Translations under genes and position numbers: made by a program
From: a virus
Length of the DNA stretch: 64,000 nt
IMG/VR virus record: IMGVR_UViG_3300028948_000703
Location: 52,273 to 116,272 of that record
Direction: 5' to 3' (one strand)
Shown here: piece by piece, positions 18,475-30,224 of the stretch
Position numbering within the stretch: the stretch's first letter is position 1
Layout: each line of letters opens with the position of its first letter
Notes under the pieces: model-generated
Seen by the model: the letters and a program-made list of their open reading frames with translations, nothing else
Database searches by the model: none
What the model was told of the DNA's origin: nothing

Positions 18475-19041
18475 ATGACTAACGATTTGTTTATATTTAA
18501 CGAACCCTACAAACCTGGAATTGGGTATCAAGAATACAAAATTTTAAGAAAGCATCGAGAAAATTTAAGACCTAGTCAACTTGAACATCAAGATTATAAA
18601 AGACATATACTATATTTTGGCAGAATGCATTTAATTGACCATATGTCTAAAGAAGAGAGTGTCGGTCCAATGAAAGTAGGAAAGACGTATTATCCTACCA
18701 GTTTATTTCGTGCTCGAAATGAAGCCGGCGGCGAATTTCGATTGTATGCTGAGATTGTTTTATATGATCAATTTGAAATGGATTCAATTGAGAAAATAGC
18801 TCATAAAGCATTAAATATTTATAGAATTGAAGGACCTCAGGGTCAAAAAGAGCTGTTTAACTTATCAAATATTGATTTAGACCAGCACATTGACTCAGTA
18901 TTGTATGCATTTTTAAAAAATAGATTCTTTGATTCAAAAGTACAAGAGGTTTTGAAATTTGATAATAATGAACACTCGATATATTCAATTTCAAAATTCA
19001 AAATTCATAATGAATCCAACGAGGATTGCATAATAGTATAA
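18475..19041 (+). CDS. hypothetical, possible T5orf172/GIY-YIG-like nuclease
   Basis: LYF...MKVGKT...R..N...EKIAHKAL...ELF pattern; GAGG RBS. Confidence 0.5.
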   Translation: MTNDLFIFNEPYKPGIGYQEYKILRKHRENLRPSQLEHQDYKRHILYFGRMHLIDHMSKEESVGPMKVGKTYYPTSLFRARNEAGGEFRLYAEIVLYDQFEMDSIEKIAHKALNIYRIEGPQGQKELFNLSNIDLDQHIDSVLYAFLKNRFFDSKVQEVLKFDNNEHSIYSISKFKIHNESNEDCIIV

Positions 19042-19166
19042 AAACGATTAAGATATAAATCTATCACAAGATGAAGGGTCGAGTGGCAGAAATTCAACCC
19101 TTTTCTTTATTAAAGAGGTCTTAGCGTATGTTAGAACATGAAACCTACATTAAATGTCGCAATAAG

Positions 19167-19385
19167 TTATTGCCAGGACATTCTCCACATTGTATATTGT
19201 TCTGTTGTGGGTATAGTAAAATATATTGTGTCAGTGGTTGGTGTAAATTCTGGACAGTTTCTTTCAAACCAAGTTTTAATTTTATCTAGATTCTCATTCC
19301 ACCAACCTCGATTTGTTACAATCAAATGCCAAGGGCCCTGTTCTTGCATATTATTGTATGCTGAATATTTTTTTTCTATGTCCAT
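19167..19385 (-). CDS. small paralog-family protein (divergent)
   Basis: IKTWFERN...FTIPTTEQYTMWRMSW. Confidence 0.6.
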   Translation of the reverse strand: MDIEKKYSAYNNMQEQGPWHLIVTNRGWWNENLDKIKTWFERNCPEFTPTTDTIYFTIPTTEQYTMWRMSWQ

Positions 19386-19573
19386 GTTAATATAAATGTT
19401 GTTACATCTTCCATTGTTTGGAATTCAAACAAACCGTTACCATAATTTATTATGGATGGTAAATTTTGTTCAATCCAATAGTTTAGCTCGTATTTTTGTC
19501 TAACTGGCCAATGTTGCATACTAATATGCCCTATATAACCTCCATCAGTTGTTTGCCAATAAAAAAAAGACAT
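19376..19573 (-). CDS. small paralog-family protein
   Basis: FEFQTMEDVTTFILTW. Confidence 0.65.
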   Translation of the reverse strand: MSFFYWQTTDGGYIGHISMQHWPVRQKYELNYWIEQNLPSIINYGNGLFEFQTMEDVTTFILTWT

Positions 19574-19620
19574 ATATGGAGTTTATTATAAACTGTAACG
19601 TTAATCAACTATAATTTTGA

Positions 19621-19968
19621 TTATATATGAAAACTTGAGCCGCATCCGCATCGGCCTTTCTCATTAGGATTAGTAAAGCTAAATCCTTTTTCAAACGTAG
19701 AGTCTTTGTAATCTATTACAGTGCCAATTACAAATAATAAAGATTTTGAATCAATAAAAATTTTAATACCATCTTGTTCTACAACATCATCGGTTGCGTT
19801 TGCAATGTCACAAAATTCAAGAGTATAGCTTAATCCACTACAACCTTTTGTTCTAACAGCAATTCTAATGCCAAGAGTTGTATCTTTATTTCGGTCCGCA
19901 ATTAGTTTTTTAATTTCAACTACGGCTAAATCTGTAATTTTTATTAAAGTAGGGCGTGACTTACGCAT
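19621..19968 (-). CDS. iscA: A-type Fe-S cluster carrier (IscA/HesB)
   Basis: KGCSGLSY and NPNEKGRCGCGSSF. Confidence 0.93.
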   Translation of the reverse strand: MRKSRPTLIKITDLAVVEIKKLIADRNKDTTLGIRIAVRTKGCSGLSYTLEFCDIANATDDVVEQDGIKIFIDSKSLLFVIGTVIDYKDSTFEKGFSFTNPNEKGRCGCGSSFHI

Positions 19969-19976
19969 TACAATAT

Positions 19977-20285
19977 TTATGCTGATTCAACACGGCATTC
20001 TAATGGAAAGGAGTGAGACCTTGCTACAAACACAGTTTCTTTGCATTTTTGATCTGCTACTTCATAGGTATAAGTGCCAGCAATGCCTTTACCTTCGTCG
20101 TGTATTCGCATTGTTAAATCGTTAGCTTCATCAAATGTTTTATAAAAAATATTCATCAGAACTAAAATAACAAATTCAACTGTGGTGCTGTCGTCATTAT
20201 ACAGCACCACATTGAACATTCCGGGTTCTTGCATGACTACCCGTGTATCAGTTTTAGTAATAGTTTCTGTATTCACAGATGTCAC
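19977..20285 (-). CDS. clpS: Clp protease adaptor ClpS
   Basis: VVLYNDDSTTVEFV...IHDEGKGIAGTYTYEVA...FPL. Confidence 0.93.
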   Translation of the reverse strand: MTSVNTETITKTDTRVVMQEPGMFNVVLYNDDSTTVEFVILVLMNIFYKTFDEANDLTMRIHDEGKGIAGTYTYEVADQKCKETVFVARSHSFPLECRVESA

Positions 20286-20296
20286 GCGATTCTCCG

Positions 20297-20767
20297 TTAT
20301 TTAGATTCTAGTAAAGTCGATGTAGACGTAGATCCGATAGCAATCTTACGTGGTTTCATTGACTCTGGCAATTGATATTCAAAGTCAATTGTAAGAATGC
20401 CATTTTCTAAAGAAGTGTTCTTAACTTCAATATAGGTGTTGAGATAGAATTCTCGTTTGAAATTTCTACCTGCGATACCTTTATGAAGATAAGTTTTGTT
20501 AGTATCCTTTTCGGTTCTACCTTCGATAGTAAGTATACCTTGATGTAAGGTAATATTAATATTATTTTCAGTAAAACCAGCTACAGCCATAGTAAGACGA
20601 TATTTATTTTCATCCGTCTGCTCTAGATCATATGGCGGATAGTTAGTTTGAGACGTATCTCGAACATTGTTAATCATTCTAAGTGTTGGTTCAAATCCAA
20701 CAGTAAAACGATTCATATCTCGAAACATGTCATCAATATAACTATTAAGTGTAGTAACTTCTCTCAT
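20297..20767 (-). CDS. small heat shock protein (Hsp20/IbpA family)
   Basis: NYPPYDL, MAVAGF, YLHKGIAGRNF, LENGILTI, PESMKPRKIAI. Confidence 0.93.
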   Translation of the reverse strand: MREVTTLNSYIDDMFRDMNRFTVGFEPTLRMINNVRDTSQTNYPPYDLEQTDENKYRLTMAVAGFTENNINITLHQGILTIEGRTEKDTNKTYLHKGIAGRNFKREFYLNTYIEVKNTSLENGILTIDFEYQLPESMKPRKIAIGSTSTSTLLESK

Positions 20768-20880
20768 TATAATACCTCCTGTAATAAGCAAAGTAAATGA
20801 TTTAGATCCTAATTAGGCATCTAAAGCTAGTATGTAACTAGCGTAGTTAATATATGCATAATGTTTCATTTTGTCAACGG

Positions 20881-21204
20881 TTACGTTCTATCTTTTGGAA
20901 GATTTATTACAGAACGGTCCACAGGTTTTGTCTGAGCATATGGCTTCTTTTTACGCGGCAATTCAATGTCCATAATTTGAGCATATTTCTTTTTCCAACG
21001 AAGTTTTGCTTCAGCCATACGTTGCCGTTTTTCAATACTATTAGGAGTAAAATGCTTACGACGACGCAGTTCTTTATTAACGCCTTCGCTATTCATTCTT
21101 CTCTTTAGCTGTGCAATTGCACCTTCTATATTTCCGTTGTTGACTCTTACAGTCATACCTTTCTTACGAAAGGGATTTTCTTCATGTTGCATCTGTTTCT
21201 CCAT
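20881..21204 (-). CDS. rpsU: ribosomal protein bS21 with terminal extensions
   Basis: VRVNNGNIEGAIAQLKRRMNSEGVNKELRRRKHFTPNSIEKR. Confidence 0.85.
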   Translation of the reverse strand: MEKQMQHEENPFRKKGMTVRVNNGNIEGAIAQLKRRMNSEGVNKELRRRKHFTPNSIEKRQRMAEAKLRWKKKYAQIMDIELPRKKKPYAQTKPVDRSVINLPKDRT

Positions 21205-21792
21205 TTAATTAACATTTGCATTTTTGCTAATGGGTGCGATTATTGCCGTAATCATTCTAGACTCAAGTTGAGGTTGTTTTTCAATACGGCAAGGACCTAA
21301 GCCATTAATAAATGTTTGCATAATTTCAAACCCTTTGTCACTAAAATTCAGTTCACGACCCCAGAATTTAACAGTGATTTTTAATTTATTATTATCTGCT
21401 AAAAATTCTTTAGCTCGATTAATTTTTATTTCAAGATCATGTTTATCTGTAACAGCACGTAGCTGTATTTCTTTCATAACAATTGTGTTTTGTCTAGTTT
21501 TTTTGTCTTGCTCTTTTTTAGATTTCTTTAAATTATAAATCCATTTGTTGAGATCAACAATGCGTACAACCGGTGGATTAGCTGATCTAGTAACTTCTAC
21601 TAAATCTAATCCCTGATTATATGCCATTTGAATGGCTTGTTTAGAACTTAAAACACCGAGAGGATTGCCATCAACGTCCAATAGTCTTACATCTTGATAT
21701 CTAATCTGCTCATTTATTAACAGACCTGCACGTATTGGATCTTCAGGACGTCTTCTATCTCTATATGAATTGTTTGAATAACGAGTGTTCAA
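21205..21792 (-). CDS. infC: translation initiation factor IF-3
   Basis: INEQIR..VRLLD, GLDLVEV...PPVVRI, KEIQL..HDLEIK, KFWGRE. Confidence 0.93.
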   Translation of the reverse strand: MNTRYSNNSYRDRRRPEDPIRAGLLINEQIRYQDVRLLDVDGNPLGVLSSKQAIQMAYNQGLDLVEVTRSANPPVVRIVDLNKWIYNLKKSKKEQDKKTRQNTIVMKEIQLRAVTDKHDLEIKINRAKEFLADNNKLKITVKFWGRELNFSDKGFEIMQTFINGLGPCRIEKQPQLESRMITAIIAPISKNANVN

Positions 21793-24107
21793 TTAATTTC
21801 TCCAGTGGCTAAGTCAAAAACTTTTAGTGGTTGTTTCATTTGTTCTACAGTCTCCTTTGTGATACATAATTTTTTTACATTTTGTTTTGCAAGTCCGGGC
21901 AAGTCAAACTGACTTTCCATTAAAATATTTTCTAAAATACTTCGAAGCCCTCTTGCTCCGGTTTTCCTATTCATTGCCTGTTCGGCAATTGCATCAAGAC
22001 TCTCTGGGCTAAACTCAAGTTTAACATCATCAAGCTCGAATAATTTTTGATATTGTTTTATCAAAGCATTCTTAGGTTCAGTTAGTATCTTTACTAGAGC
22101 TGATTTATCAAGATCATGAAACGTTACAATAATTGGTAGTCTTCCAATCATTTCTGGAATAATACCAAATTTAACTAAATCTTCGCCCTGTACTTGTTTA
22201 ATTAATTCGTAGTTGTCGATAGACGCATTCTTGTCTTTGATCGCAGCTCCAAATCCAATTGTGGTTTCGTCGGTGTTAAGACGATCTGCTATAATTTTAT
22301 TCAATCCTTCAAACGCACCACCGACAATAAAAAGAATATTTTTTGTATTCACAGTTACAAACTCACCGGATGGGTTTTTACGACCGCCTTGAGGAGGAAT
22401 TTTAACCTCGCATCCTTCAATCATTTTTAACAATGCTTGCTGCACGCCTTCGCCGCTAACATCTCTGGTTACGCTTGTATTTTCGCCTTTTCTTCCTTTT
22501 TTATCAATTTCGTCGATATAAACAATGCCGCGTTCAGTTTTTGAAATATCGTTATCGGCCGCATGATATAGCTTAGCAATAGCATCTTCGACATCAAGCC
22601 CGACATAACCGCTTTCTGTTAAGCTAGTTGCATCAACTAATGCAAATGGTACATCTAAAATTTTTGCTACAGTTTGAATGGTAAATGTATTATGCGTAAC
22701 TACGTAGTTATTTGTAACATATAAATGTTCTGGATGATCAACCATAATACATTGCGCCGGCATTTTCCCAACATACTTGACATCTCTAATTCCTAAACGC
22801 AATTCTCGATTAATTGATGCGTCTGAATATTGATATTGCATCGGTACAAGATTTAATTTTCTCGGCAACGATACTAAATCTCTAGGAGAATGATATCTAA
22901 TTGATACAATATAATTAATCTTTCCTAATTTTTTTACACCTTTATCTTTATAAGATGGTGATTTTTCTGAAATTTTTGCAATTCCCCCTATAGACCAAAT
23001 TAATTCCTGCACATCTAATGCAAGTCTTTTTGATGATGTTGAAAATGACAATGATCCAGTTTTAACATCTACGTATCCATCGGTATCCATTAATCCTTTG
23101 ATTAGATCTAGTCTCTGATTTAAAGACGAGTTCTTATATATATAAGGTATAAATTTATCATTGCTTAATTTTTCGTGCAGACCCAACGACACAAAGATCT
23201 TTTTATATAAATGTAATTTTTCTATTTTCTCTTTTCTAATTAATGGTATAGTTGAAGAAATATTGTAATCATATTTTAATCCGCGTTTTTTCAGAAAATA
23301 TCCATCTTTTTTAATTATATTTGAAATTTTATTTAGAATAAAATCGTCTTTTGACGATATCATAAAAGTACCATGCCGTGTACAACCATCGCCAATCATT
23401 ACGCCTAAAAAGTATGGGTCCATTGGCAGTTTGATATTTTTATGAGTATCAATCTTTGAAATCAATGGTATATATAATTTTCTAGATTTTCTTTGCATAT
23501 GAAACATTATTTCTTTTAGAGAAATAGTTTGATATCCATATTTTGGTATATAAACTTTCCATAAATGTTCATCACAACATTCCACAGTACGGCCGTCATC
23601 AAATGTAATCTTATATATTTCTTTATCTCCTTGAGGATATATGCCTACTACCTTAGTAGTTCCGCCATTTGGAGTACTAATCATATCTCCAATTTTAATA
23701 TCACCCATTTTGACCCATTTCTTTGGTGCTCTAATTAATGAATGCAACGGTTGAGCTTTACCTGTACCGCTACCGCCAATAAAAAGCATATTACTTTTAT
23801 CAATTTCAACACCGTCAATTACTGGATTGTTAATCCGTTTAACGTGGTTATATATTGCAACAGCTAATGTCTTTTTTGCAATGTCTTGGCCAACTACATA
23901 CTCATCAAGACGTTTTTTAATTATACTTGGCTTAATTGTTACCTCAGATAAAACTTTGGGTTGATCTTTTTTAATAATCTCAAATGACAATTTAATACAT
24001 TCGTCACATATATAAACATCATTACCTGCAACAAGTTTGCTAACTTGTTGTTGATTTTTTCCACAAAAACTGCATTGATGTAATACTTTAGTTTGATCTA
24101 CGGTCAT
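21789..24107 (-). CDS. clpX: ClpX ATPase containing an intein
   Basis: CSFCGK..ICDEC zinc domain, [43 protein letters not shown]. Confidence 0.95.
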   Translation of the reverse strand: MTVDQTKVLHQCSFCGKNQQQVSKLVAGNDVYICDECIKLSFEIIKKDQPKVLSEVTIKPSIIKKRLDEYVVGQDIAKKTLAVAIYNHVKRINNPVIDGVEIDKSNMLFIGGSGTGKAQPLHSLIRAPKKWVKMGDIKIGDMISTPNGGTTKVVGIYPQGDKEIYKITFDDGRTVECCDEHLWKVYIPKYGYQTISLKEIMFHMQRKSRKLYIPLISKIDTHKNIKLPMDPYFLGVMIGDGCTRHGTFMISSKDDFILNKISNIIKKDGYFLKKRGLKYDYNISSTIPLIRKEKIEKLHLYKKIFVSLGLHEKLSNDKFIPYIYKNSSLNQRLDLIKGLMDTDGYVDVKTGSLSFSTSSKRLALDVQELIWSIGGIAKISEKSPSYKDKGVKKLGKINYIVSIRYHSPRDLVSLPRKLNLVPMQYQYSDASINRELRLGIRDVKYVGKMPAQCIMVDHPEHLYVTNNYVVTHNTFTIQTVAKILDVPFALVDATSLTESGYVGLDVEDAIAKLYHAADNDISKTERGIVYIDEIDKKGRKGENTSVTRDVSGEGVQQALLKMIEGCEVKIPPQGGRKNPSGEFVTVNTKNILFIVGGAFEGLNKIIADRLNTDETTIGFGAAIKDKNASIDNYELIKQVQGEDLVKFGIIPEMIGRLPIIVTFHDLDKSALVKILTEPKNALIKQYQKLFELDDVKLEFSPESLDAIAEQAMNRKTGARGLRSILENILMESQFDLPGLAKQNVKKLCITKETVEQMKQPLKVFDLATGEIN
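22689..23756 (-). mobile_element. 356-aa Ala1 (class 3-like) intein with LAGLIDADG endonuclease in the ClpX Walker A motif
   Basis: GSGTGK|AQPL...EHLW...LGVMIGDG...GLMDTDG...AQCIMV...VTHN|T. Confidence 0.92.
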
Positions 24108-24115
24108 TTGTCCTC

Positions 24116-25663
24116 TTAATACTTATATCCTCGATAGTCTCTTTTAATTTGAATGATTGGTTTATTTTTATTTTTTGTATGGTTTTTAAGCTTAGATATA
24201 ACTTCGTCGGCGTTTACTTGAGATAATTCAATATTAGAGTTTGATGTAGTAATTGATTGAATTGTTGTATTGTTTACTGCGTTGTTTGAAGTTGTGATAT
24301 TAGTTTCAAATATTTGATTGTTAGATTCATTTATTGAATTATCTATTTCTACGTTAGGCTTTGTATCTTCAGATTGTACAAGATTTACAGCATCTGTCAA
24401 GCTTGACTCATTAATTTCATAGCTTTTATCTATATTCACGTTTGGTGAACCTACATACGACAACGTATTAGACTCTATGATCAAGTTAGATTCTTTTTCA
24501 ACGGGTTGAATCTTTTTTTTTAGATCGCTATTTGCTGCAATTAACATAAGAACTGCTAATGGATCAAATACTATTATTATTATGATAATCATCCATGTAA
24601 CTGATTTTTCTAATACAGCACTGTCGGTATTGCTATCATAGATAAAATTTGCAATATATTTAATTGGACCAACTTCTGCTTCAAGCTTGCGATATGCAGA
24701 TTCTAATTGATATTTTTTTTCTGTAATTTTATCAAGTTCTGTAGATGTAGCTTTTATAATATCCTGCTGTTCTTGTATATCTTTCGATAGAGAATCAACA
24801 CTAGATTTACCAAGCTGATCTCTTAATCTGTTTATTAATTTGTTCGATTCGTTTACTTGTAATTCTGCAGTTTCTCTAATTTTTGCAATCTCATCCCTTG
24901 CTTTTTTAATAGTTAGGTTATTTTGATTAAAATCATCAAGTTTACTGACTATTTGAGATTTTTCTTGCATTTTTTGTTGTTGCCAGTTGCGAACTGCGGT
25001 TGCAGTTCCCGGTCCCCAATTACCATCTGCTCGGGTTCCAACTAGTTGTTGTGCTTTGGTAATATCGTTGCTATCAATATATTTTTGTAAAATGCTAAGT
25101 TCCTGATCAATCTGCGATAATTGACCGGAAATTAATTTAGTTTGATTTTCAATAATTCTGTTTTGTTCATCTATAACAGGTTGTATACGAATATACGCAT
25201 TATCAATTCTCTGTTGTTCTGTATTAATTTGGTTTTGAATATTAACATCTGCGCCGCCTCCAGATGTTTCTAGCTGTTTAAGTCTAGTTGTTGCTCTTTC
25301 TAAGTTAAACTTGTATTGTGCAATATCGCTATTGATTTTATTAATTTGAGCTAGATTTTCTTGTGTTCCAACAGTTTGATCTATATGTGCTTTAGATAAA
25401 AATCCAAAAATGCCAATGCTTGTTATACACATTAACACAATAACTGCACTGGTTAAATATGTTTTTAATAAAAAGGGTATTTCATTCCATTTTTGATAGA
25501 GCCAACTACTAACTATTAATTTTGAAGCTTCTAAAATACTTCCCATTATTATTACAGGATAAAATGCTCCAGCAAATATTGTGGCAAGCCCGATAATGCT
25601 ATACCATGCTGCAATTGAACTTAGTGCCAATGCACATATTAGTAATAATAATGTTATAAACAT
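24116..25663 (-). CDS. membrane-anchored coiled-coil protein
   Basis: N-terminal TM helices, [10 protein letters not shown], long coiled coil, ADGNWGPGT peptidoglycan-binding-like motif, [17 protein letters not shown]. Confidence 0.75.
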   Translation of the reverse strand: MFITLLLLICALALSSIAAWYSIIGLATIFAGAFYPVIIMGSILEASKLIVSSWLYQKWNEIPFLLKTYLTSAVIVLMCITSIGIFGFLSKAHIDQTVGTQENLAQINKINSDIAQYKFNLERATTRLKQLETSGGGADVNIQNQINTEQQRIDNAYIRIQPVIDEQNRIIENQTKLISGQLSQIDQELSILQKYIDSNDITKAQQLVGTRADGNWGPGTATAVRNWQQQKMQEKSQIVSKLDDFNQNNLTIKKARDEIAKIRETAELQVNESNKLINRLRDQLGKSSVDSLSKDIQEQQDIIKATSTELDKITEKKYQLESAYRKLEAEVGPIKYIANFIYDSNTDSAVLEKSVTWMIIIIIIVFDPLAVLMLIAANSDLKKKIQPVEKESNLIIESNTLSYVGSPNVNIDKSYEINESSLTDAVNLVQSEDTKPNVEIDNSINESNNQIFETNITTSNNAVNNTTIQSITTSNSNIELSQVNADEVISKLKNHTKNKNKPIIQIKRDYRGYKY

Positions 25664-25667
25664 AATT

Positions 25668-26075
25668 TTATCCGTGTATATAATTTCCAGACTTGAGCTC
25701 TATAAAATCGTTTTCTCGGTCTAGGAATTTATATCCAGCAGATTTTATCTCAAAATGATTGCAAATGTATTCCATTACTTCGTCAACTTCAAATGGTGCG
25801 CATGAATATAAATCAAATTGCATCATACTATCATTTGGTTCGTCAAAGTTCCAGATATGTAATGTACAATGGCTGGTAGTTAAAATTACAGTTGAAGTTA
25901 TACCTTCATTACCCAAATCATTGCACCAAGCAGTAACAGGATCGATCATCACTTTCATGCGAACATGTTTTACCATGCCTCGCATAAATTCACTCACTTT
26001 ATCGCAGTCTGTAGGACCCGGTGGATTCTTAATTGCTGCGTTAATTAACAAATGAAGATGTGCATCAGGTTTCAA
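25668..26075 (-). CDS. speD: S-adenosylmethionine decarboxylase-like proenzyme
   Basis: HLLI...GITSTVILTTSHCTLHIW...FDLYSC pyruvoyl-enzyme pattern. Confidence 0.75.
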   Translation of the reverse strand: MKPDAHLHLLINAAIKNPPGPTDCDKVSEFMRGMVKHVRMKVMIDPVTAWCNDLGNEGITSTVILTTSHCTLHIWNFDEPNDSMMQFDLYSCAPFEVDEVMEYICNHFEIKSAGYKFLDRENDFIELKSGNYIHG

Positions 26076-26090
26076 TATATTCTCCTATGT

Positions 26091-27236
26091 TTATACGTTT
26101 GGAATTTGTGTTACAGATATATTTTGTTCTATAATTTCTATATTATCAATAATATCTAACCCTTGCGCTGTAATTTTTTGTATTCTTGCTGCATTTGGTC
26201 TGTCAGTGTAACTGCTGTATGATGCCAAGGTTGGATCAAAAACCTTACAATTTTTAGTGATGTTTCCAACCATTGCTCTAGCTATAGCTCGTTTAATTGC
26301 AAGAGCTCCTTCAAATACAGTCCCTGCATCTGGTTCATTTGGTCTAGCAACAGTTCTAATGTAATCTGGTCTATCATATCCAATTGTAAATGTAAAGGTT
26401 GTGCAAGCACCATTACCGTTAAGGTTTCCTGTACGAACAATATCTCCAACTAATATTGGTAATGACCATTCTTCTAGTTCACTAATTGCCTGTACCCATC
26501 TTGAATTGGCACGTTCTTTATTTTGACTTGTGGCAATAGTAGTTGGGTAGCCGCCGTGGTTGCCTGCAGAAAATCCCATAGCGGTTAGAGCAGTTCCACT
26601 GTTTAATGCGTATGGTTGCCCATTTACGCTTGCTAATTGTAATTTGCCTCCAGCAGCTTGTGCAACAACACCGGTGGTTGGTGTGTTTTCGTTGATTTTG
26701 CTAACAACACCGGAAAGTGGACCGGCACTAAACGTTATATTAATTCCGTTAATAACAACATTATCACCATTTCCTACAGCCGAAAATGCAGAACCAACTT
26801 CATTTGGCCAATATTGATATGCTCCTGCAACCAATCCAAGCTTTGATAATGCAGATCCGTTGCCTTCTGCTAGGCTAAAAGGATAACCTTCTGATCCAGG
26901 AGCATTTGCTAATGTTATGTAATTAGAAGCTATTCTTTGGTCGGCAATTACATTTGTGAACTTTGAAGCTAGATTAATCCTGGAAATAACATTAGCTAAT
27001 GTCATAGAACTATCAAAAATAATTGCTTTATCATTTACTATAATTGTTTCACCATCTGACATTACAGTTGATGTAACTTCTGTATTTCCAGTTGTATGAA
27101 TTAATCTATTGTAATTCCATGCATTAGTACTATCAAGTCCGCCGGCTTGATCGCCTGTTAACGTTGAAAAGTTATTTGGACTTGATAGGTTCCATGTTAC
27201 TTGGTAATAAGTTGGATTTAATGAATAAGTTGTCAT
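26091..27236 (-). CDS. putative virion structural protein
   Basis: Gly/Thr/Asn-rich duplicated module (VISRIN..V.A; GSALSKLGL); late motif upstream. Confidence 0.65.
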   Translation of the reverse strand: MTTYSLNPTYYQVTWNLSSPNNFSTLTGDQAGGLDSTNAWNYNRLIHTTGNTEVTSTVMSDGETIIVNDKAIIFDSSMTLANVISRINLASKFTNVIADQRIASNYITLANAPGSEGYPFSLAEGNGSALSKLGLVAGAYQYWPNEVGSAFSAVGNGDNVVINGINITFSAGPLSGVVSKINENTPTTGVVAQAAGGKLQLASVNGQPYALNSGTALTAMGFSAGNHGGYPTTIATSQNKERANSRWVQAISELEEWSLPILVGDIVRTGNLNGNGACTTFTFTIGYDRPDYIRTVARPNEPDAGTVFEGALAIKRAIARAMVGNITKNCKVFDPTLASYSSYTDRPNAARIQKITAQGLDIIDNIEIIEQNISVTQIPNV

Positions 27237-27309
27237 AAAATTATCCTCTGCATAATATATGTGTGCTAGGCTTATTTATGCAGAAATTGACTATTATGAC
27301 CTGTATCTG

Positions 27310-27807
27310 TTATTTAATTGCAAAACGTTCCATATGTATTCCGCGTGAATACGGCAATCCAGTAGTATATAGTACTCTACCAACTTTATACGTTTCAATT
27401 GCTTTTGCGCATCCTTCGCACGGCATGCTCAATGCCGGACGACCTCCAGTTGTTAACCGTAGGACATACATAGTAGATTTTGATAGAAGATGTTCGTTGT
27501 TATTTTTAATTGTGTTTCGTATTGCATGTGTTTCTGCATGCCAATACACAGCATGTGGATTTTTACAATATCTAGCCTGAAAAGGATGAGTTTTGGATCC
27601 ATTAAATCCAAAACTCAATATTTCACCTCGGTGTGCAATAATAGCAGAAACCCTAGCACCTGCATAAGGAACAGAATCTCTAGCTAATTTTTCAGCCATA
27701 TTGATAAATTTAATATCTCTATCCGAAAATTTTTCGTTACTAGACTTCAAGTTCCACCATTGACCATTTAGAGTTTTCACCAGGGTAACCAACAGGATTA
27801 CAAACAT
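27310..27807 (-). CDS. cytidine/deoxycytidylate deaminase-family protein (true start probably downstream)
   Basis: HAE and PCxxC zinc motifs. Confidence 0.8.
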   Translation of the reverse strand: MFVILLVTLVKTLNGQWWNLKSSNEKFSDRDIKFINMAEKLARDSVPYAGARVSAIIAHRGEILSFGFNGSKTHPFQARYCKNPHAVYWHAETHAIRNTIKNNNEHLLSKSTMYVLRLTTGGRPALSMPCEGCAKAIETYKVGRVLYTTGLPYSRGIHMERFAIK

Positions 27808-28564
27808 AATTAATACCGTTGATAGTTTTCATACTTCTATAATGTGTATGGCCGTAACACCAGTACTTAATATTGTTATTAATAATATCTTCACAATGTG
27901 TGTTTACAAACATTCCGTGTAGCTTAGTCCAAATTTGATCAAATGGCTTAGCATAACTTAACAATCTATTTGGCAGATGATGAGTAACTACAACACACGG
28001 AAGATCAGTAGCTGAAACGGAACTTCTAATATAATTAGCATCCTCATATGCAGCGGTTTCGACTATTTCGTTGTCTCTTGTTTTTCCACGCCAATTTATA
28101 ATTCTATCAGCTGATTTAAATTGCCATGCATCGATTTGTTGATCTTTTGAAAAAGGTTCACCAGCAACAAAATTGTGCCAGCCAGTAGCACCTATAAAAA
28201 GAACATTATCGATGTTTACAGAATCACGATGAATCATATGAATATCATGATCCTGGCTCCACTTTTTATAATGACTATAAATTTCATTCACATACATTGG
28301 ATATGGATATTTTTCATATAGCTCAGAATTAGCTAGTTTGGTTTTATGCACTCCGACGTTATAAAAGTCATGATTGCCTGGGACCCAGATTACATTATTA
28401 AAGCGTAATCTAAGATCGGCTAACCAATTACTAGTTATCCAGATGTCATTGCTAATGTCGCCAGACACTACAATTGTATTGCAATCTGCAGAGCAAGAGT
28501 CTAGCAACTCCCAGCTCCAAGGCATAATATCGACGTGTACGTCACTAATTAATATAAATTTCAT
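27740..28564 (-). CDS. calcineurin-like metallophosphoesterase
   Basis: SDVHVD, GDIS, PGNHDFY, THHLP, GHTH, NPVGY. Confidence 0.9.
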   Translation of the reverse strand: MKFILISDVHVDIMPWSWELLDSCSADCNTIVVSGDISNDIWITSNWLADLRLRFNNVIWVPGNHDFYNVGVHKTKLANSELYEKYPYPMYVNEIYSHYKKWSQDHDIHMIHRDSVNIDNVLFIGATGWHNFVAGEPFSKDQQIDAWQFKSADRIINWRGKTRDNEIVETAAYEDANYIRSSVSATDLPCVVVTHHLPNRLLSYAKPFDQIWTKLHGMFVNTHCEDIINNNIKYWCYGHTHYRSMKTINGINYVCNPVGYPGENSKWSMVELEV

Positions 28565-28611
28565 AGCTTATTTTAACATAGATAATTGTCAAGTCAATTA
28601 GAATTTTTGAT

Positions 28612-29172
28612 TTACATTTTCCAAAATAAATGGCTACCAATTGGTATCTTTCTAATTGATGGTGCCCAATCTGCTGTCCTGTGTGAAAAATAAATTGAGC
28701 CATGTGCTGTATCTTGAATGTTTTGGCGATATACGTTATATGCTATTTCTTGTACTTTTAACCATGTATTATGTTCGATTTTCCATTTTTTATTTGGTTT
28801 ATACCCTGCCCAAACAAATTGAAAAAATTTTCGACCATTGACATAATTATATTGAAAAACATTTGTACAAATATCTAAACTAAACCTTGAATGCTTTGTT
28901 CTATTAATTGGAATATACGCAACAGCTACTTGTTCAATTTTGGTTCCTCCTCTTGCTTCAAAATATAAATTCCATGCAATGCATTCTAAATCTTTTAATT
29001 CAGATTCATTTAACTCGTTAATAACCTCAATAGATAACGGTAAAACCTCTTTTAGATTAGGTATTATCCCAAAGTCAGCTGTTATACGATCCGACGCGTA
29101 TGTCGACATGCATAACAACAACGACAAAAGATAGACACACACAATTGTTATTGTGTTTTTGATTAATAGCAT
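28612..29172 (-). CDS. SleB-like cell wall hydrolase (Hydrolase_2)
   Basis: CIAWNLYFEARG...AVA...NR...QFVW...IGSHLF; N-terminal hydrophobic segment. Confidence 0.85.
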   Translation of the reverse strand: MLLIKNTITIVCVYLLSLLLCMSTYASDRITADFGIIPNLKEVLPLSIEVINELNESELKDLECIAWNLYFEARGGTKIEQVAVAYIPINRTKHSRFSLDICTNVFQYNYVNGRKFFQFVWAGYKPNKKWKIEHNTWLKVQEIAYNVYRQNIQDTAHGSIYFSHRTADWAPSIRKIPIGSHLFWKM

Positions 29173-29449
29173 AATTATTCCCCTCTGTTTTATAAGGCAG
29201 GATATACCTGCTAAGAAGATAGTTAAAACGTATCTCTTATTTGCAACCAATTAATATAACGTTGGTACGATATTTAAATCGTATTAAAATTACTTAAAAT
29301 ATAAGTTAATTTTGTAGGCTTATTGGCTACTAAACTAGGTAGTATGTCTAGTGTGTTATATATGTAACACTATTCTTTTTGAAATACAAATAAAATCTTG
29401 AAATTTGCGTACAAATACGTTATCACATACTGAACAAATGTAACCAGGA

Positions 29450-29809
29450 TTGACAATGCACACAATATCGCAAGAAGATTTAGTAGTATGGAATACATAT
29501 ATTGATAATCTATATAAAACTCCTGAGCATCAGTTTACTTCGAAAAAAGTTCAAAAAGATGAGCCGGATATTATAGATCTGCATGGCATGACTATTCAAC
29601 AGGCGTTCCATAAAACTAATTCTTTTCTACGCCGGCATTTCGAGGTTGGTAACAAATTAGTAACAGTTATCACTGGCAAGGGTGGTCAAATTAACAAAGA
29701 ATTCTTGCATTGGTGCAACAATATTCCGTTTATTACCAGTGTGGAGCCATTAACTGATAGTCGTGGGCAAGCTGGCGCTTATTTGATTTTGTTGAAAAAG
29801 AAAAGATAA
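29450..29809 (+). CDS. Smr-domain endonuclease
   Basis: IDLHGMT..QA, VITGKG, GQAGA. Confidence 0.9.
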   Translation: MTMHTISQEDLVVWNTYIDNLYKTPEHQFTSKKVQKDEPDIIDLHGMTIQQAFHKTNSFLRRHFEVGNKLVTVITGKGGQINKEFLHWCNNIPFITSVEPLTDSRGQAGAYLILLKKKR

Positions 29810-29816
29810 ATTGAAT

Positions 29817-30224
29817 TTAATCTTGTTGAAGATATAACAATGTAGCAATGGATTTAAAATCCTCAACATCGCCGGATAGGTTAACTGTAATATCTGTGCC
29901 ACATCCATTCCAGCTATTTGCATCTTCAATAATATGTCCATTCCAAAATGTATTTTCTTTCCATTTTGGCAATCTAGATGTGCTACTAACTGGCCATTCT
30001 ATCTTTTTTTCCAATGTCCACGATGGACCTTTAAGAGTGTATATATTAGTTACAATACCTGGAACAACAGCTAAATTTTTCTGTATACTTAGCTCTAAAG
30101 AATGATCGCAGCATTGATAAGAGATTTGTCCAAACTCTTTTGATCCGTAGAGATATTTTCTATTTTCAATAAATTTAAAAATAAAATCACAAAGATTTCT
30201 ATACTCTAATGGAGCCAATGACAT
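29817..30224 (-). CDS. hypothetical protein
   Basis: 135-aa ORF from ATG 30224. Confidence 0.55.
   Translation of the reverse strand: MSLAPLEYRNLCDFIFKFIENRKYLYGSKEFGQISYQCCDHSLELSIQKNLAVVPGIVTNIYTLKGPSWTLEKKIEWPVSSTSRLPKWKENTFWNGHIIEDANSWNGCGTDITVNLSGDVEDFKSIATLLYLQQD

Noticed and set aside
14120-24107. Bacterial chromosome segment or prophage boundary
   Set aside because: The host-like genes are not in bacterial operon order, share the phage's AT-rich composition and are interleaved with phage-type genes.
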